Source of the DNA: Octopus vulgaris | Taxonomy: Eukaryota | DNA: 64,000 nt | Direction: 5' to 3' | Assembly (NCBI GenBank): GCA_951406725.2 | Contig: OX597815.1 | Span: 25,358,001 to 25,422,000 of the forward strand | Shown: positions 26,301 to 38,800 of the stretch, piece by piece | Layout of the letters: every line of letters begins with the position of its first letter | How positions within the stretch are numbered: the stretch's first letter is position 1 | Position numbers and translations under genes: made by a program | Notes under the pieces: generated by a model | Told to the model about the DNA's origin: nothing | Database searches by the model: none | What the model saw: the letters and a program-made list of their open reading frames with translations, nothing else

Positions 26301-29300
26301 TGAATGACTAAATTACAACAGGCATATAGTCCATTATTTGTATTATAGTGCATTGTTGTACCATTCAAAACTTTTTATTCTTTACAAACAATACACAATG
26401 CTTCAAGCAAACTACAATGCTCTCCTATATATATATATATATATATATAAAAGTGAAGTTGTGTGAGTGTCTGTCTCCTACGATTTAGATTCCTAACTAC
26501 TCCCACATTTTGCGGTGCAGTTTAACCAAATTCGGCTATCTTATAGTCATGATTCATATCGAGCCCGTCTGGGTATTAGCGCGCGTCTACGATGAGTCTA
26601 CGATTTTAAAAATAATTTAACATCATTGTTTTCCATTTCTTCCAATTTTTTCGTGTGTCGATGGCGGCGGAGTTGGCGTCCATGCTCACACCTGCACCTG
26701 TGTTGCTTCTCCCCCTTCTTACCTCCCTCGTGAAGCTGTGGGGAAGGCAGGGTAGGGAAATCAACATCGTAAAGCGTTGTCAAGGAGACCAGTGTTCTTT
26801 TAGAACGACTTCATGGCTTGAAGTCGCCAAAACAGAAATCGCTAAAAAAGCTGAAACAGATCCAAAAAAACGGCAAAAACCGCCACACAGGGCAGGTTTC
26901 CTGTGTAAACAATTTGCACAACCGAATGTTTTAGTTGTTGCACAAATCTTTATATATAAAAGTGAAGTTGTGTGTCTGTCTTCTACGATTTAGATTCCTA
27001 ACTACTCCCACATTTTGCGGTGCAGTTTAACCAAAACCGGGTATCTTATAGTCGTGATTCATATCGAGCCCTTCTGGGTATTAGCGCGCGTCTACGATGA
27101 GTCTACGATTTAAAAAAAAATTACCATCATTTTTTCCATTTTAATGCATTTTTTCGCCATTATATAAGGGAAGTAACTCTCTAAAAATGTCTACGATGAG
27201 TCAACGATTAAAAAAAAATTACCATCATTTTTTATTCCATTTTTAATGCATTTTTTTGCTATTTTTTTGCTATAACTCACTAAAAATGCTTATATAGTTA
27301 TTTCCCTTACAAACCCGAGCAACGCCAGGCGATACTGCTAGTACATATAAATATCAGTGTGCTTTTGTTCATATCTGATTCATTGTATGTATCTGCATTT
27401 GTTAGAAATTAAGTGCCTCATGGGCAGATATATTTCACAACTGACTATAAATTAAGACATAATGTAGTCTAATCTTAAAATTTACATATCTTTAAATTGT
27501 AACTGTACTAATTTGAGGCTTTCAACAACCTTGTAGTACCCCACTCAACGGAGATAAGTACTGCAAGATTGTTAAAGCATTGTGAAATGCTATCAGAATC
27601 TGTTAGGCAAGTTCTGCTTTGGCATGATTTCTATGACTGAAGGCCCTTCCAAATGCCAACCACTTTACAGAATGTATTGGGTATTTTTTACTTGGCACTG
27701 GTACCAACAAGGCCACCAGCTTGCAAAACCTTTCAAAAACTCTTGTCAAACCATTCACTACATGCCAGCATAGAAAACAGATCTTAAATGATGGTGATGA
27801 TGATGATGCGACATACCCCTTCACATGCATCGAAATATATGCTAAGGGTATATATTTTTTAAAAAATATATCAAAACACTTCTACACTACTTCTAGGCTT
27901 TCCATTTTTATTTTCATCAAATTTTTGCTAAAAAAATTTACAGAGATTTAAACATGACATTTAAACATGACAAATGAAGTGAGTTCATTGCTCGCAGGAT
28001 GGCCTGCTGTGCTAACCTCGGATTGTAGAGTGACCCGCTGTTCTTGAGGAGACCTGTTGAGTCAAGAACGTCAACGTCAAAATAAAAATTCAAATGGAAA
28101 TTGTAGTTAAGACACCCATGCCGGTGACGCGTAAAAAGCACCGTCCAAACGTGGCAGATACTAGCACCGCCTGACTGGCGTCCGTGTCGGTGACACCTAA
28201 AAGCACCAACCAATCATGGTCATTTGCCAGCCTGCTCTGGCCCCTGTGCTGGTGGCACGTAAAAAACACCCACTACACTGATGGAGTTAGAAGGGCATCC
28301 AGCTGTAGAAACACTGCCAAATCAGACCACAGCCTGATGCAGCTTCCATGGCTTGCCAGATCCCGGTCGAACCGTCCAACCCATGCTAGCATGGAAAATG
28401 GACGTTAAATGATGATGATGATTTATTTGTGAGCATGCAATATTGTAATATTCAATACATTTTGACATATCTTTACATGTATGTTCATCCAGTCCAAAAT
28501 GCTTTACTCTGAAAACTTTGTATTCTTAATCTACAGTTGTCATTCTAGCAGTGGTTATTTTCTTTAGGTCATTGTAGTGTATCAGTTTCCTGGCTCTCAT
28601 TAACTCTTCACTTAATTATATCTTACATTGTTTGTATTCATTAGCTATTCAAATCTAAATCAACTCTTTGATTCCTTAGCACTGGCACATTTTCTGATAA
28701 ATCTGAATCGTGTTGGCTAGTTCACTACTGCCTCTGATTAATTCTTAACCACATAGGTTTTCTTCATTCTGAAGTAATCACTTCTAACTCACCAGTATGT
28801 ATGTGCATGCTATAGCAATACATTCTTTACTAAAATAAACAAAGCCTAAATAAATAAATAAATAAATTCAGGGTGAATACTTGATAAATGTAAGCACCTG
28901 TATATACCAGCTAGTAGCATAGGTGAGAGGATATATGTATCAAATGAAATAAAATGAAAAACAGGACACAAAGGATGTTGCGGTACATATGTTTCGAGCT
29001 TTATAGAACAACTTATTCTTACATCAATGCATAATCGACATAACAGATAGTTCAAAAGCCCTCTTCAGCCGCATGCAATTGCTACACCAAAGACTTGTAT
29101 CACATTATGAAAGGTTTGAGAAAGAACATTTGGTATTATTTATAATGGTAGGTAAACCAAGTTACAAACATACTTTCCCAGTGATACTCGGTTTACCTAC
29201 CATTATAAATAATACCAAATGTTCTCTCTCAAACCTTTCATAATGTGATACAAGTCTTTGGTGTAGCAATTGCATGCGGCTGAAGAGGGCTTTTGAACTA

Positions 29301-32300
29301 TCTGTTATGTTGATTATGCATTGATGTAAGAATAAGTTGTTCTATAAAGCTCGAAACATGTGTACCACAACATCCTTTGTGTCCTGTTTTGCATTTTATT
29401 TCATTTGATACATATAAATAAATATGTGAGCCATTTTTTTTTTTTTTTGACAATAAACTATTTGCTGTAATGTATAAATATAAACAAACATTTGTTTTTA
29501 TAAGCATTGAAATGTGTATAGAATGATACAAATAAGATATTTTTCTGAATGCAGATTGCCATTAGAACAGCACTCCCATGGCTGGTCGCTGAAACATTTT
29601 TCTGCCTTGTAAGGGTAATGTACCCAGTATTTCTGCTGTTCTAATGGCAATTTTGCATTCGAAAAAAATCATCTTATTCGTATCATTCTATTTGCTGTAG
29701 ATTTTTAAATTTTATATACTTATGTATTTTAATTATTTTTATGTTCTATGATGAGTTGTTATTAAATTAAAAGAACAAAAACTTTTTAAAAATAAACAAA
29801 ATAGTTTTATGACTTAGCTTTTTAGTACATTGGTGAATATGATTTCTCACATTGTAGAAAGTCAAATTATAGGACATCAAGCAATTATTTCAGTTTTCAT
29901 TAGGTCATATGATGTTATGTAATTTACGAGTTAATTACATAAAAGGCAAATTAGCAGAGTGATTAGTACATTTATTAGAATGTCTTGTGATACTTGTTCC
30001 ATCCTATATTCATTCTGAATTTAAATGCCACCAAGTTCAACTTTGCCTTTCATCTTTTCAGAATCAATAAAAAGTACCAATCGAAGATAGTGGATTGGTG
30101 GAACTATAAGAAAATGAGAATAGATGCCTTGTGGTGTTTGTTCTGGTGCTTTATGTTTCTGAGTTGCGATTGTATCATGGCCTACATGGATGGTAGACTT
30201 TATTCATCACCTTGTCTAACACCACCATCTGGTAACTTCGATGTCTTTAGCAGTCTCATCTCTGTTGCAAACTTTCTTACCAGATCTCTGATTTGAGAAC
30301 TTCCTCCCTCCTTTCCACCAAGCTTGGAGGCCTTGTAAAGGGTCATGGCTGCTACATTCTTCCCAATAATAATAATAAAATTGAAAAAATGCATCAGTGG
30401 ATGTTTCACCACAATATTTCACACCCTTCATCAGTTATTTGTTGGAGATAATCACAATGTCAGAACTTTCTCACAGCATCATCCCTACAAGTGGTACTTA
30501 TTAGCATTGATGCTATCAGATGATGTGTGGGTTATTTTAGCCCATTCTGTAGTTTGCTTTTCCCTCTGTCATCCATGCATCCACCACAACAATCTAGGTA
30601 AATCACTCCAGCTATACAGGAATTACTTCATTAACAGAAAATATGTTATTTGCTCTCAATTTTGATCCCTCTTTCACATGTCTCAGCCACATCTATGATA
30701 GAACATTTTCTGCTTCTCTCTTCAGTTCATGAATTGTTTCTCTGTTCATAAGTTCACTACCGGCCAGGTAAGACATTATAGGTCTAGCCACAAGCCCATG
30801 ATAAACCACGTCTACTGGAAGTATCATACACTGCCATCCCAGTGCCTCACATGATTCTCTAATCTCTCTATGTATAAAGCTGAAGTTGTCTGTGTATGGC
30901 AGGTTTGGTAGCCTTCAACTAACACTATCTCCTCCGAGACCCTATGCCGCAAGTTGACCAAAATTGAGAGTATGATAGAAGAAGGCTTGCTCTTCTTTCT
31001 GTAGAAGAAAAAATTCAAATTGGACCATGTTAACACCAAAAATTATTTACATAAAAATGGGGCTTTTTTTCTATGAAAATCCCTATTTTTTACTATTTTT
31101 AAACTGCAGTGTCGCCATTTTTTGGTGTATTTCAACCCGAAAAATGTTCACTTAAAGAGAATAACAAGCTACATAATGCAACATTTTTACTTTTCAAAAA
31201 TTCCAATTCTAAAGGGTTGAAACGAACCTGAGGCAATGCCAGGCGATACTGCTAGTTCTTTTATATTTTCAGGCTCCTCCTTACCTGTGCTCTCTTCATA
31301 TTGCTTTTCCAATTCACCATTAACTCAGCAATTAGAACTTTTTTGTAAAGTTAGACTATACCAGAATGTCAAGATGATCCTTTATTATTGCAGTATGGTT
31401 TAGGAGCATGAATGCTTCCTTCAAATTTACCTGCACCGTTCACTCATAAGCAACCTTTCCTTGTTTATTCTCCTGCATTGTCCTTTCCGTGCTTCCATCT
31501 GAAAAAACAAGATGCAACTTTGTGTTTGATTCTTACAGCATTGCTGTTTAGTGTTATGGCTATAGGCATACACTGCAAAGAACGATTTGCATGTTACCAA
31601 AACATTTTCCAGTGATGCACAGCCATCATATTGGTGACAATCAGTAGTGTCAATTCAGCCTTTCCATCAAATAATGGTTGAATATAGAAACACATCATAC
31701 ATCACTCTCAGGTAGACTCATAGCCTAGTTGATTCCATCTTCCATAACATGAACTATTTAGTTTCTTTCATTCGCAGGAGTGGCTGTGTGGTAAGTAGCT
31801 TGCTAACCAACCACATGGTTCCGGGTTCAGTCCCACTACATGGCATCTTGGGCAAGTGTCTTCTGCTATAGCCCCGGGCCGACCAATGCCTTGTGAGTGG
31901 ATTTGGTAGACGGAAACTGAAAGAAGCCTGTCGTTTATATGTATATATATATATGTATGTGTGTATGTGTTTGTATGTTTGTCTCCCTAGCATTGCTTGA
32001 CAGCCGATGCTGGTGTGTTTACGTCCCCGTCACTTAGCGGTTCGGCAAAAGAGACCGATACAATAAGTAATTTCAGTAAGAGTGTTTTTATTGATCTATT
32101 TTCAAATCTTACTGAAAAGATTATATAAGCAAATGAAAAATTTATATTGCACAAAGAAATCGGGGTCGATTTGCTCGACTAAAGGTGGTGCTCCAGCATG
32201 GCTGCAGTCAAATGACTGAAACAAGTAAAAGAGTATACTATTCATGTACATTGGCTTTATTTCCTTATTGCACTCCTCATCCATGTGACAAATATTTTGC

Positions 32301-33414
32301 CAGCCTTTGTTATTCTAGCAGAGATATTGCAGTCACATCATCATACACAGATTAAGTGGTGTCATTGATAACACTTCCACAGCAAGCAACAAGGAACACT
32401 TTCTACTTCATGTGACTGACATGCACTAACAACATGTGGTAAAATTAACAACATGGCTGTATAGTAAGAAGTTTGCTTCCCAAGCACTTTGCTCCAGGTT
32501 CAGTCCTACTGCGTGGCACCTTGAGCAAGTATCTCTTACTGTAACCCTGAACTGACCAAAGCCTTGTGATAGGATTTGGTAGGCTGAAATTGAAAGAATC
32601 ATATTGTTAGTGTGTGTGTGTGTATGTGTGTGTAAAATACACACACACATATATGTATGTAAGGCAGCGAGCTGGCAGAAACGTTAGCACGCCGGGTGAA
32701 ATGCATTGCCGTATTTCATCTGCCGTTACGTTCCGAGTTCGAATTCCGCCGAGGTCGACTTTGCCTTTCATCCTTCCGGGGTCGATAAATTAAGTACCAG
32801 TTACGCACTGGGGTCGATGTAATCGACTTAATCCATTTGTCTGTCCTTGTTTGTCTCCTCTGTGTTTAGCCCCTTGTGGGTAGTAAAGAAATATATATAT
32901 GTATGTATGTATATATCTTTGTGTGTGTCATTGCATTTGTGTTTGTCATCCACCACCACCACTTGACAAGTATTGGGTTTAAAATATACTCTTAGAATGA
33001 TCGAATTCAAACAAGATAAAATACATATTAAAAAAGTGTTCAAGTTCTTGTGGGTTTGGTGATTACCCACAAACACACATACACATGCAAGACACAAAAA
33101 CACACGCATAAACATATACAGACATATCTAATGAAGGATAAAATTTTTTTCAAAAAAAAAAATATATATTATTTTTCAAAAAAATTTTATTAATGGCCAG
33201 CATATCAAAAAATACCTTTAAAGGTTAAATCTATAAACAATTCATAATTAAGGGCAAACGAAAAAATTTCTAATGCCAGATATGCCGAAAAATTGGACAT
33301 ATTGTCCATTAACCATATAATTTTTTCACAATATGCACGCTACTCGAAAAAAGGTCGACAGAAATTTCTAAAACATTCCATTATTACCATATCGGACCGA
33401 TTTCATATACAGAC

Positions 33415-33452
<38 letters not shown>

Positions 33453-33508
33453 CATCATCATCATCATCATCATCGTTTAACGTCCGCTTTCCATGTTAAA
33501 CGATGATA

Positions 33509-33541
<33 letters not shown>

Positions 33542-35825
33542 TGGCACATAAAAAGCACCCACAACACTCACGGAGTGGTTGGCGTTAGGAAGGGCATCCA
33601 GCTGTAGAAACACTACTAAATCAGACTGGAACCTGGCACAGCCTCCTGGCTTCCCAGACTCCGGTTGAACCGTCCAACCCATGCTAGCATGGAAAACAGA
33701 CGTTAAACGATGATGATGATGATTGATATATATATATGCACACATTTCAAAGTTTAAAATATTTGTTGAAAATCTATTTTTATTATTTAGATCTGCTTGT
33801 GATCAAAGCTGATGGTGCATCAACATTAGTTGCTACTACAGTTTGGGGTGCACTCCATGGCTTGGAAACATTTAGCCAACTTGTATATGAAACTGAAAGT
33901 GGAACGGTAAGTGCAGTAATAATTTATTTCTGAATTATTCCTTGAAGTACTTTTATCATGAACAAATGATGAATGATAGTATTTTAATCCAAGGATTTGT
34001 TAAATAACTTTGCTAGTTATATCATCCTTCTCCAGGTATCCAGTCACTTGGTGTGATTCAGATTAACCCTTTCGTTACCAACCTGGCTGAAACTTTTTCT
34101 CTCAGATTTTGTAAATATCCCAATTCAATTGAATGAATTTCTTGTTTAACCCTTTCGTTACCAACCCAGCTGAAACCAACTCAGGCTCTGTAGTACAAAT
34201 GTCTTGTTTTCATAAGTTTTGAATTAAAATCTTCCACCAAACCTTAGTCACAATTTATGTTCCTAACACTAGCTTAATGATAACTTAGTTATTTTACTAA
34301 ATTCTTTGTTATATTTAAAGTAATTGAAAGAAACACAGAGCATCTCAAAATAAATACAGTAATGAAAGGGTTAAGGTTAGAGATATGATAGGCCTACTGG
34401 TCCTGATTCGTAATGTCATATATTGTAATATTCTGTATTTGATATTTTTTTTTACAGTTGAAACATCTTACTGAAATACTTTCTCCAAATCTACAAAATG
34501 TTGACTACAGCATTTGTTTGAGAGATTATGAATATCGGGAGATTTTTTTTTTTTTTACATATTTCCATTTTTGTTTTTTTATTTCACTTGTTGAGACTTG
34601 AGGAAGGATCTGTGACCATGGCATCTGCAGGCTTCTAAGGTTTGTGGGATCAATGTAGATGACATTTTGTTTAAACTGTTGCGAGTCAATACCTGCAGGA
34701 AAGATGTAGAGGTTCTGGAAGATGATAATTTGTTGGGAGAAAAGACTTGGGACACTGATTAATGTTAAGTTTGATGGGGCAGGACACAGAGTAAGTGATG
34801 AAAAGAGGTGGGACAAGTGAGTCAACAGTGCCTGAGACCAATCATCTCTGAGGAATAGAGGCTATTTTAGCTATGGAGAAAAAGTAGAAGAGACAACCAG
34901 TCTGTGGGGCAATGGCTGGAGCATGTCTGTGAGTCACTTTATGCCAGTTATTTGAATGGTCTTTCTTTGTGTGTGCAACAGCTGTACCATCCTAAATATG
35001 AGTAATATTCCATAGTAGGCCTCACATGAGCTTTGTTGAGTGTCTCTAATTGTTGAGACTAAACTATTTTCTAGCCCTAAAGAGAAAGGCCAATCTTTGA
35101 GATGTGGTCCTAGTTATGTTAAGGACATACTTTTACCAAAGGATAAATACTTTACTTGCTACAAAGAAAATGGGTGTGTAAAATTCAAAATCATGAAGAG
35201 GACAAAGGAAGAAAAATGATTAAGTAAAAATGAAGAATGAAATCCATTCATCTTCTTTGCTCACTATTCCTTGGATGGTTGTTGGGGTAGCTGTCCTCAA
35301 GCTACAATTCCATAGGGTCTTATTGAAAGCAACTTTCATTAGACATTCCAGTATGTCCCCAAGCCTGACCAACTGAGATTATGGATGTTATCCAATCATT
35401 TCATTCTTGGCCTACTCCCAGGTCTCCTGCTGATTGGTTTGGCTTGAAGAATCCATCTTGCAATACTTTCCTGCAGCATTCTAATCGCATGTCTATAGTA
35501 CCAGAGCTGTGATTTCTCAAAGTGGAAAAGTAGCGGCTCAACCTGCTACGTCTCCACAACCTGAGCTATGCATCTTGTCAAGTAATGTTACTCTAGAGAT
35601 CCTTCAGAGGAACCCCATTACAGCTCTTTTACTTGTTTCAGTCATTTGACTGTGACCATGCTGGAGCACCGCCTTAGTCGAGTAAATCGACCCCAGGACT
35701 TATTCTTTGTAAGCCTAGTACTTATTCTATCAGTCTCTTTTGCCGAACCGCTAAATTACGGGGACGTAAACACACCAGCACCAGTTGTCAAGCGATGTTG
35801 GGGTGACAAACACATACACAAACAG

Positions 35826-35870
<45 letters not shown>

Positions 35871-38800
35871 CGACAGGCTTCTTTCAGTTTCCGTCTACAA
35901 AATCCACTCACAAGGCTTGGGTCGGCCTGAGGCTATAGTGGAAGACACTTGCCCAAGGTGCCACACAGTGGGACTGAACCCGGAACCATGTGGTTGGTAA
36001 GCAAGCTACTTACCACACAGCCACTCCTACGCCTATGTATGTATTTACAATCATACTCTTGGTTTATTATCCAACACTCACAACCATATGTAAAGATAAG
36101 CTTGAAAACCAAATTGAAGAACAAAAAAATATGATTTAAAAATTAAAAGAAAGAAAGAATTTAAAAAATGAATGCAAAAACAAGAAAGAACCAAAGTTCA
36201 AGAATGTTGGCCTAAATGATGCTAAGGTTCTCCAGTTACTTACTGAAGTTCCTACATGTGATTCATATACACTTGAAATATTTTTAACTTGTGAAGCCTG
36301 TTTCAATGATAAATCATCAACACATTTTATTGCTGAATGATCAGTTTTGTTATGTGCATATTCAAAAATTTTACACATTTTATATTTATCATCTATTTCT
36401 TACTTATTGATACTACTCCAAAAAATTTATCCTTTCCAATTCCTGGATATATTTTTGAAATATTGAAGTTTTGATTAAAAACATATTGGGACATAATACT
36501 TGCTACACTAACCAACACATTTTGAAGGCATTTTTATTCTATCAAGTGTGTAAAGTGTCTAAGCCACACAGGTAGGCAACACAATAGAGAAAATTAACAT
36601 ATTCAAAGCCTTGGATTTCGTACAAAGGTACCAACCCAGACAGTATTTCAAACCAATTCCAATTGTCTTCCTAATTTGCTTTTATATTCTTGATCTTTGC
36701 TCATTTTGGATCCCAGAAATATAGAGCTGTCATTGATATCTACACTCAAATATTGCCAATGACTGGTAAGAGGGCGTTAAAAATGCAAGTTTGATGGAAT
36801 GATAACACTAAACTTGGTTTGTCATCAATGACAGGATGTGATTAAAAGCTGGTAAAACATTGGTCATTATTTAGCTAACAGTTTTTGCTGTTTAGCCCTA
36901 GATCAATCCAAAGAGAACAGATACACCTGTGATCAAAATCCATTCTAGCCATGACTACACTGTCTTTTCTTCCAGAAGTTTGTTTGAAGAAAATTTGGAC
37001 ATTATTTCTATCAGGGCTGAACACTACATAGAAGCTCTACATTGATTGTATTTTCTGTTGCAGCCCCAGATTGAGCAGTTCCATGGCACACAAGTAATCA
37101 GTTGGTTAGATGTGACCCATGAATCCATCTTATATGATACTATGTCTCTGCCTGGCCATGGACCATATTACATTATTCCTGCATGCAATGATGAATTATA
37201 TGGGCTGAGACATAACTTTCTAGATATTCTCTTGCACTCTCTTCACTGTTTGGTTTATTCTCATACGTCTGTAAGAGCTGGGGATAGGTGCTGCAGAATG
37301 GGGTCGATTAAATGATCATTCATTGCTGCTATTTGCATTTATTGTTTCAGTGATATTTTTTCCTTTTTTATTTTTCTCTGTAGTTTCTCATTAACGAGAC
37401 CGTAGTAGAAGATAAACCCAGATTTAAGCACAGAGGTATTCTGCTTGATACATCAAGACATTTTCTTAGTAAAGAAAAAATCCTTGAAAACCTGGTAAGA
37501 AAACTGACATTTTGTTAAGTAGTATGTGTTACTTTCCTTTCAGTATTAATTCCAATATTATCTTTTATCAATCTAATATATCTTGTTTATTATTTAGTTT
37601 TGAAACTTTTCATAACAGGTAGGTGAAGGAAATCTGTTACAGTTTGATCATAGTTTATTTCTATAACATATATATTATAAATTATATATATGTTGTAAAT
37701 AGTTTATAAATTGTGAAGCATATTTGCCACTTAAATGTGGCTAACCCTTAAGGGTGGATGCTTGTAGCCCCAGGAGGACACCTCCTTCAACTGGCTATTG
37801 ACACACTTTCTGTGCCCTATCAATATTTGCGAAGAGAAGCCATCCTTCCCATCTTCTACAGTAGCATCCACCCTTAAGGATTAGCCACATTTAAGTGGCA
37901 AATATACTTCACGATGTCGTGCAACTACTGTCTATACCTCGCTCAGAGATTTATTATTGCTAGTTTATAAATTTTTAAGATTATCATTATCATCATCATC
38001 TTCCCTCATATCATCATATCTATCGACTCTTATTTGCGTTTGCCTCAGATGCAATGACAGATATGTCATGTAGTATCATTCCATCATTATATCTTGCAAG
38101 GCTGTGGTCACTGTTCCTCTTAGGAATACCATGGCTGTTATAGTTTACACCCCTATCCACCTATAAAGCACATGTAAAATACTGAGGAAGTGCATTTGCT
38201 CTTTTCAGATGTAATCTCTTGTTGGAAGAAACCAGGATGATACCAGTATCAGTCACTTAAATTAACCCCCGTACTTGACTAGTACTCAATGGTATCAATA
38301 AGAGTTAAAGGCGGCGAGCTGGCAGAATCGTTAGCACGCCGGGCGAGATGCTTAGCAGTATTTCGTCTGCTGCTATGTACTGAGTTCAAATTCCGCCGAG
38401 GTTGAATTTGCCTTTCATCCTTTTGGGGTCGATTAAATAAGTACCAGTTACACACTGGGGTCGATGTAATCGACTTAATACCTATGTCTGTCCTTGTTTG
38501 TCCCCTCTATGTTTAGCCCCTTGTGGGTAATAAAGAAATAGGTATCAACTCTGGAACGATGAAAGGCAAAGTGAACTTAGAATGTAGTATAGTGATAAGG
38601 GATTGATTTCTTTTGATGGGATACAGACACAAGGGCAGGTTTTTGTAGTGCAGGAATGCTGTCATGTGGATCAACCCAGTTACAAAATGCCTCTATGCTT
38701 TAAAATTGTTATACAATGTTAACTATCATTGATATAACTATTGCTCTTTAATATCTTAAGAGTAGTTGATATTGTGTCATGATTTTGTCATGTCTACTAA

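Larger units (their letters stand above)
28932..29416. repeat. Long palindrome (231-bp arms, 23-nt spacer, about 6 mismatches) carrying hammerhead ribozyme motifs
   Basis: 28932-29162 is the reverse complement of 29186-29416. Confidence 0.95.

Noticed and set aside
35230-35625. Segment shared with 49640-49975 considered as a conserved regulatory element
   Set aside because: The minus strand translates to a decayed RTE-like RT C-terminus (R..GRP..W type), so both are LINE fragments.
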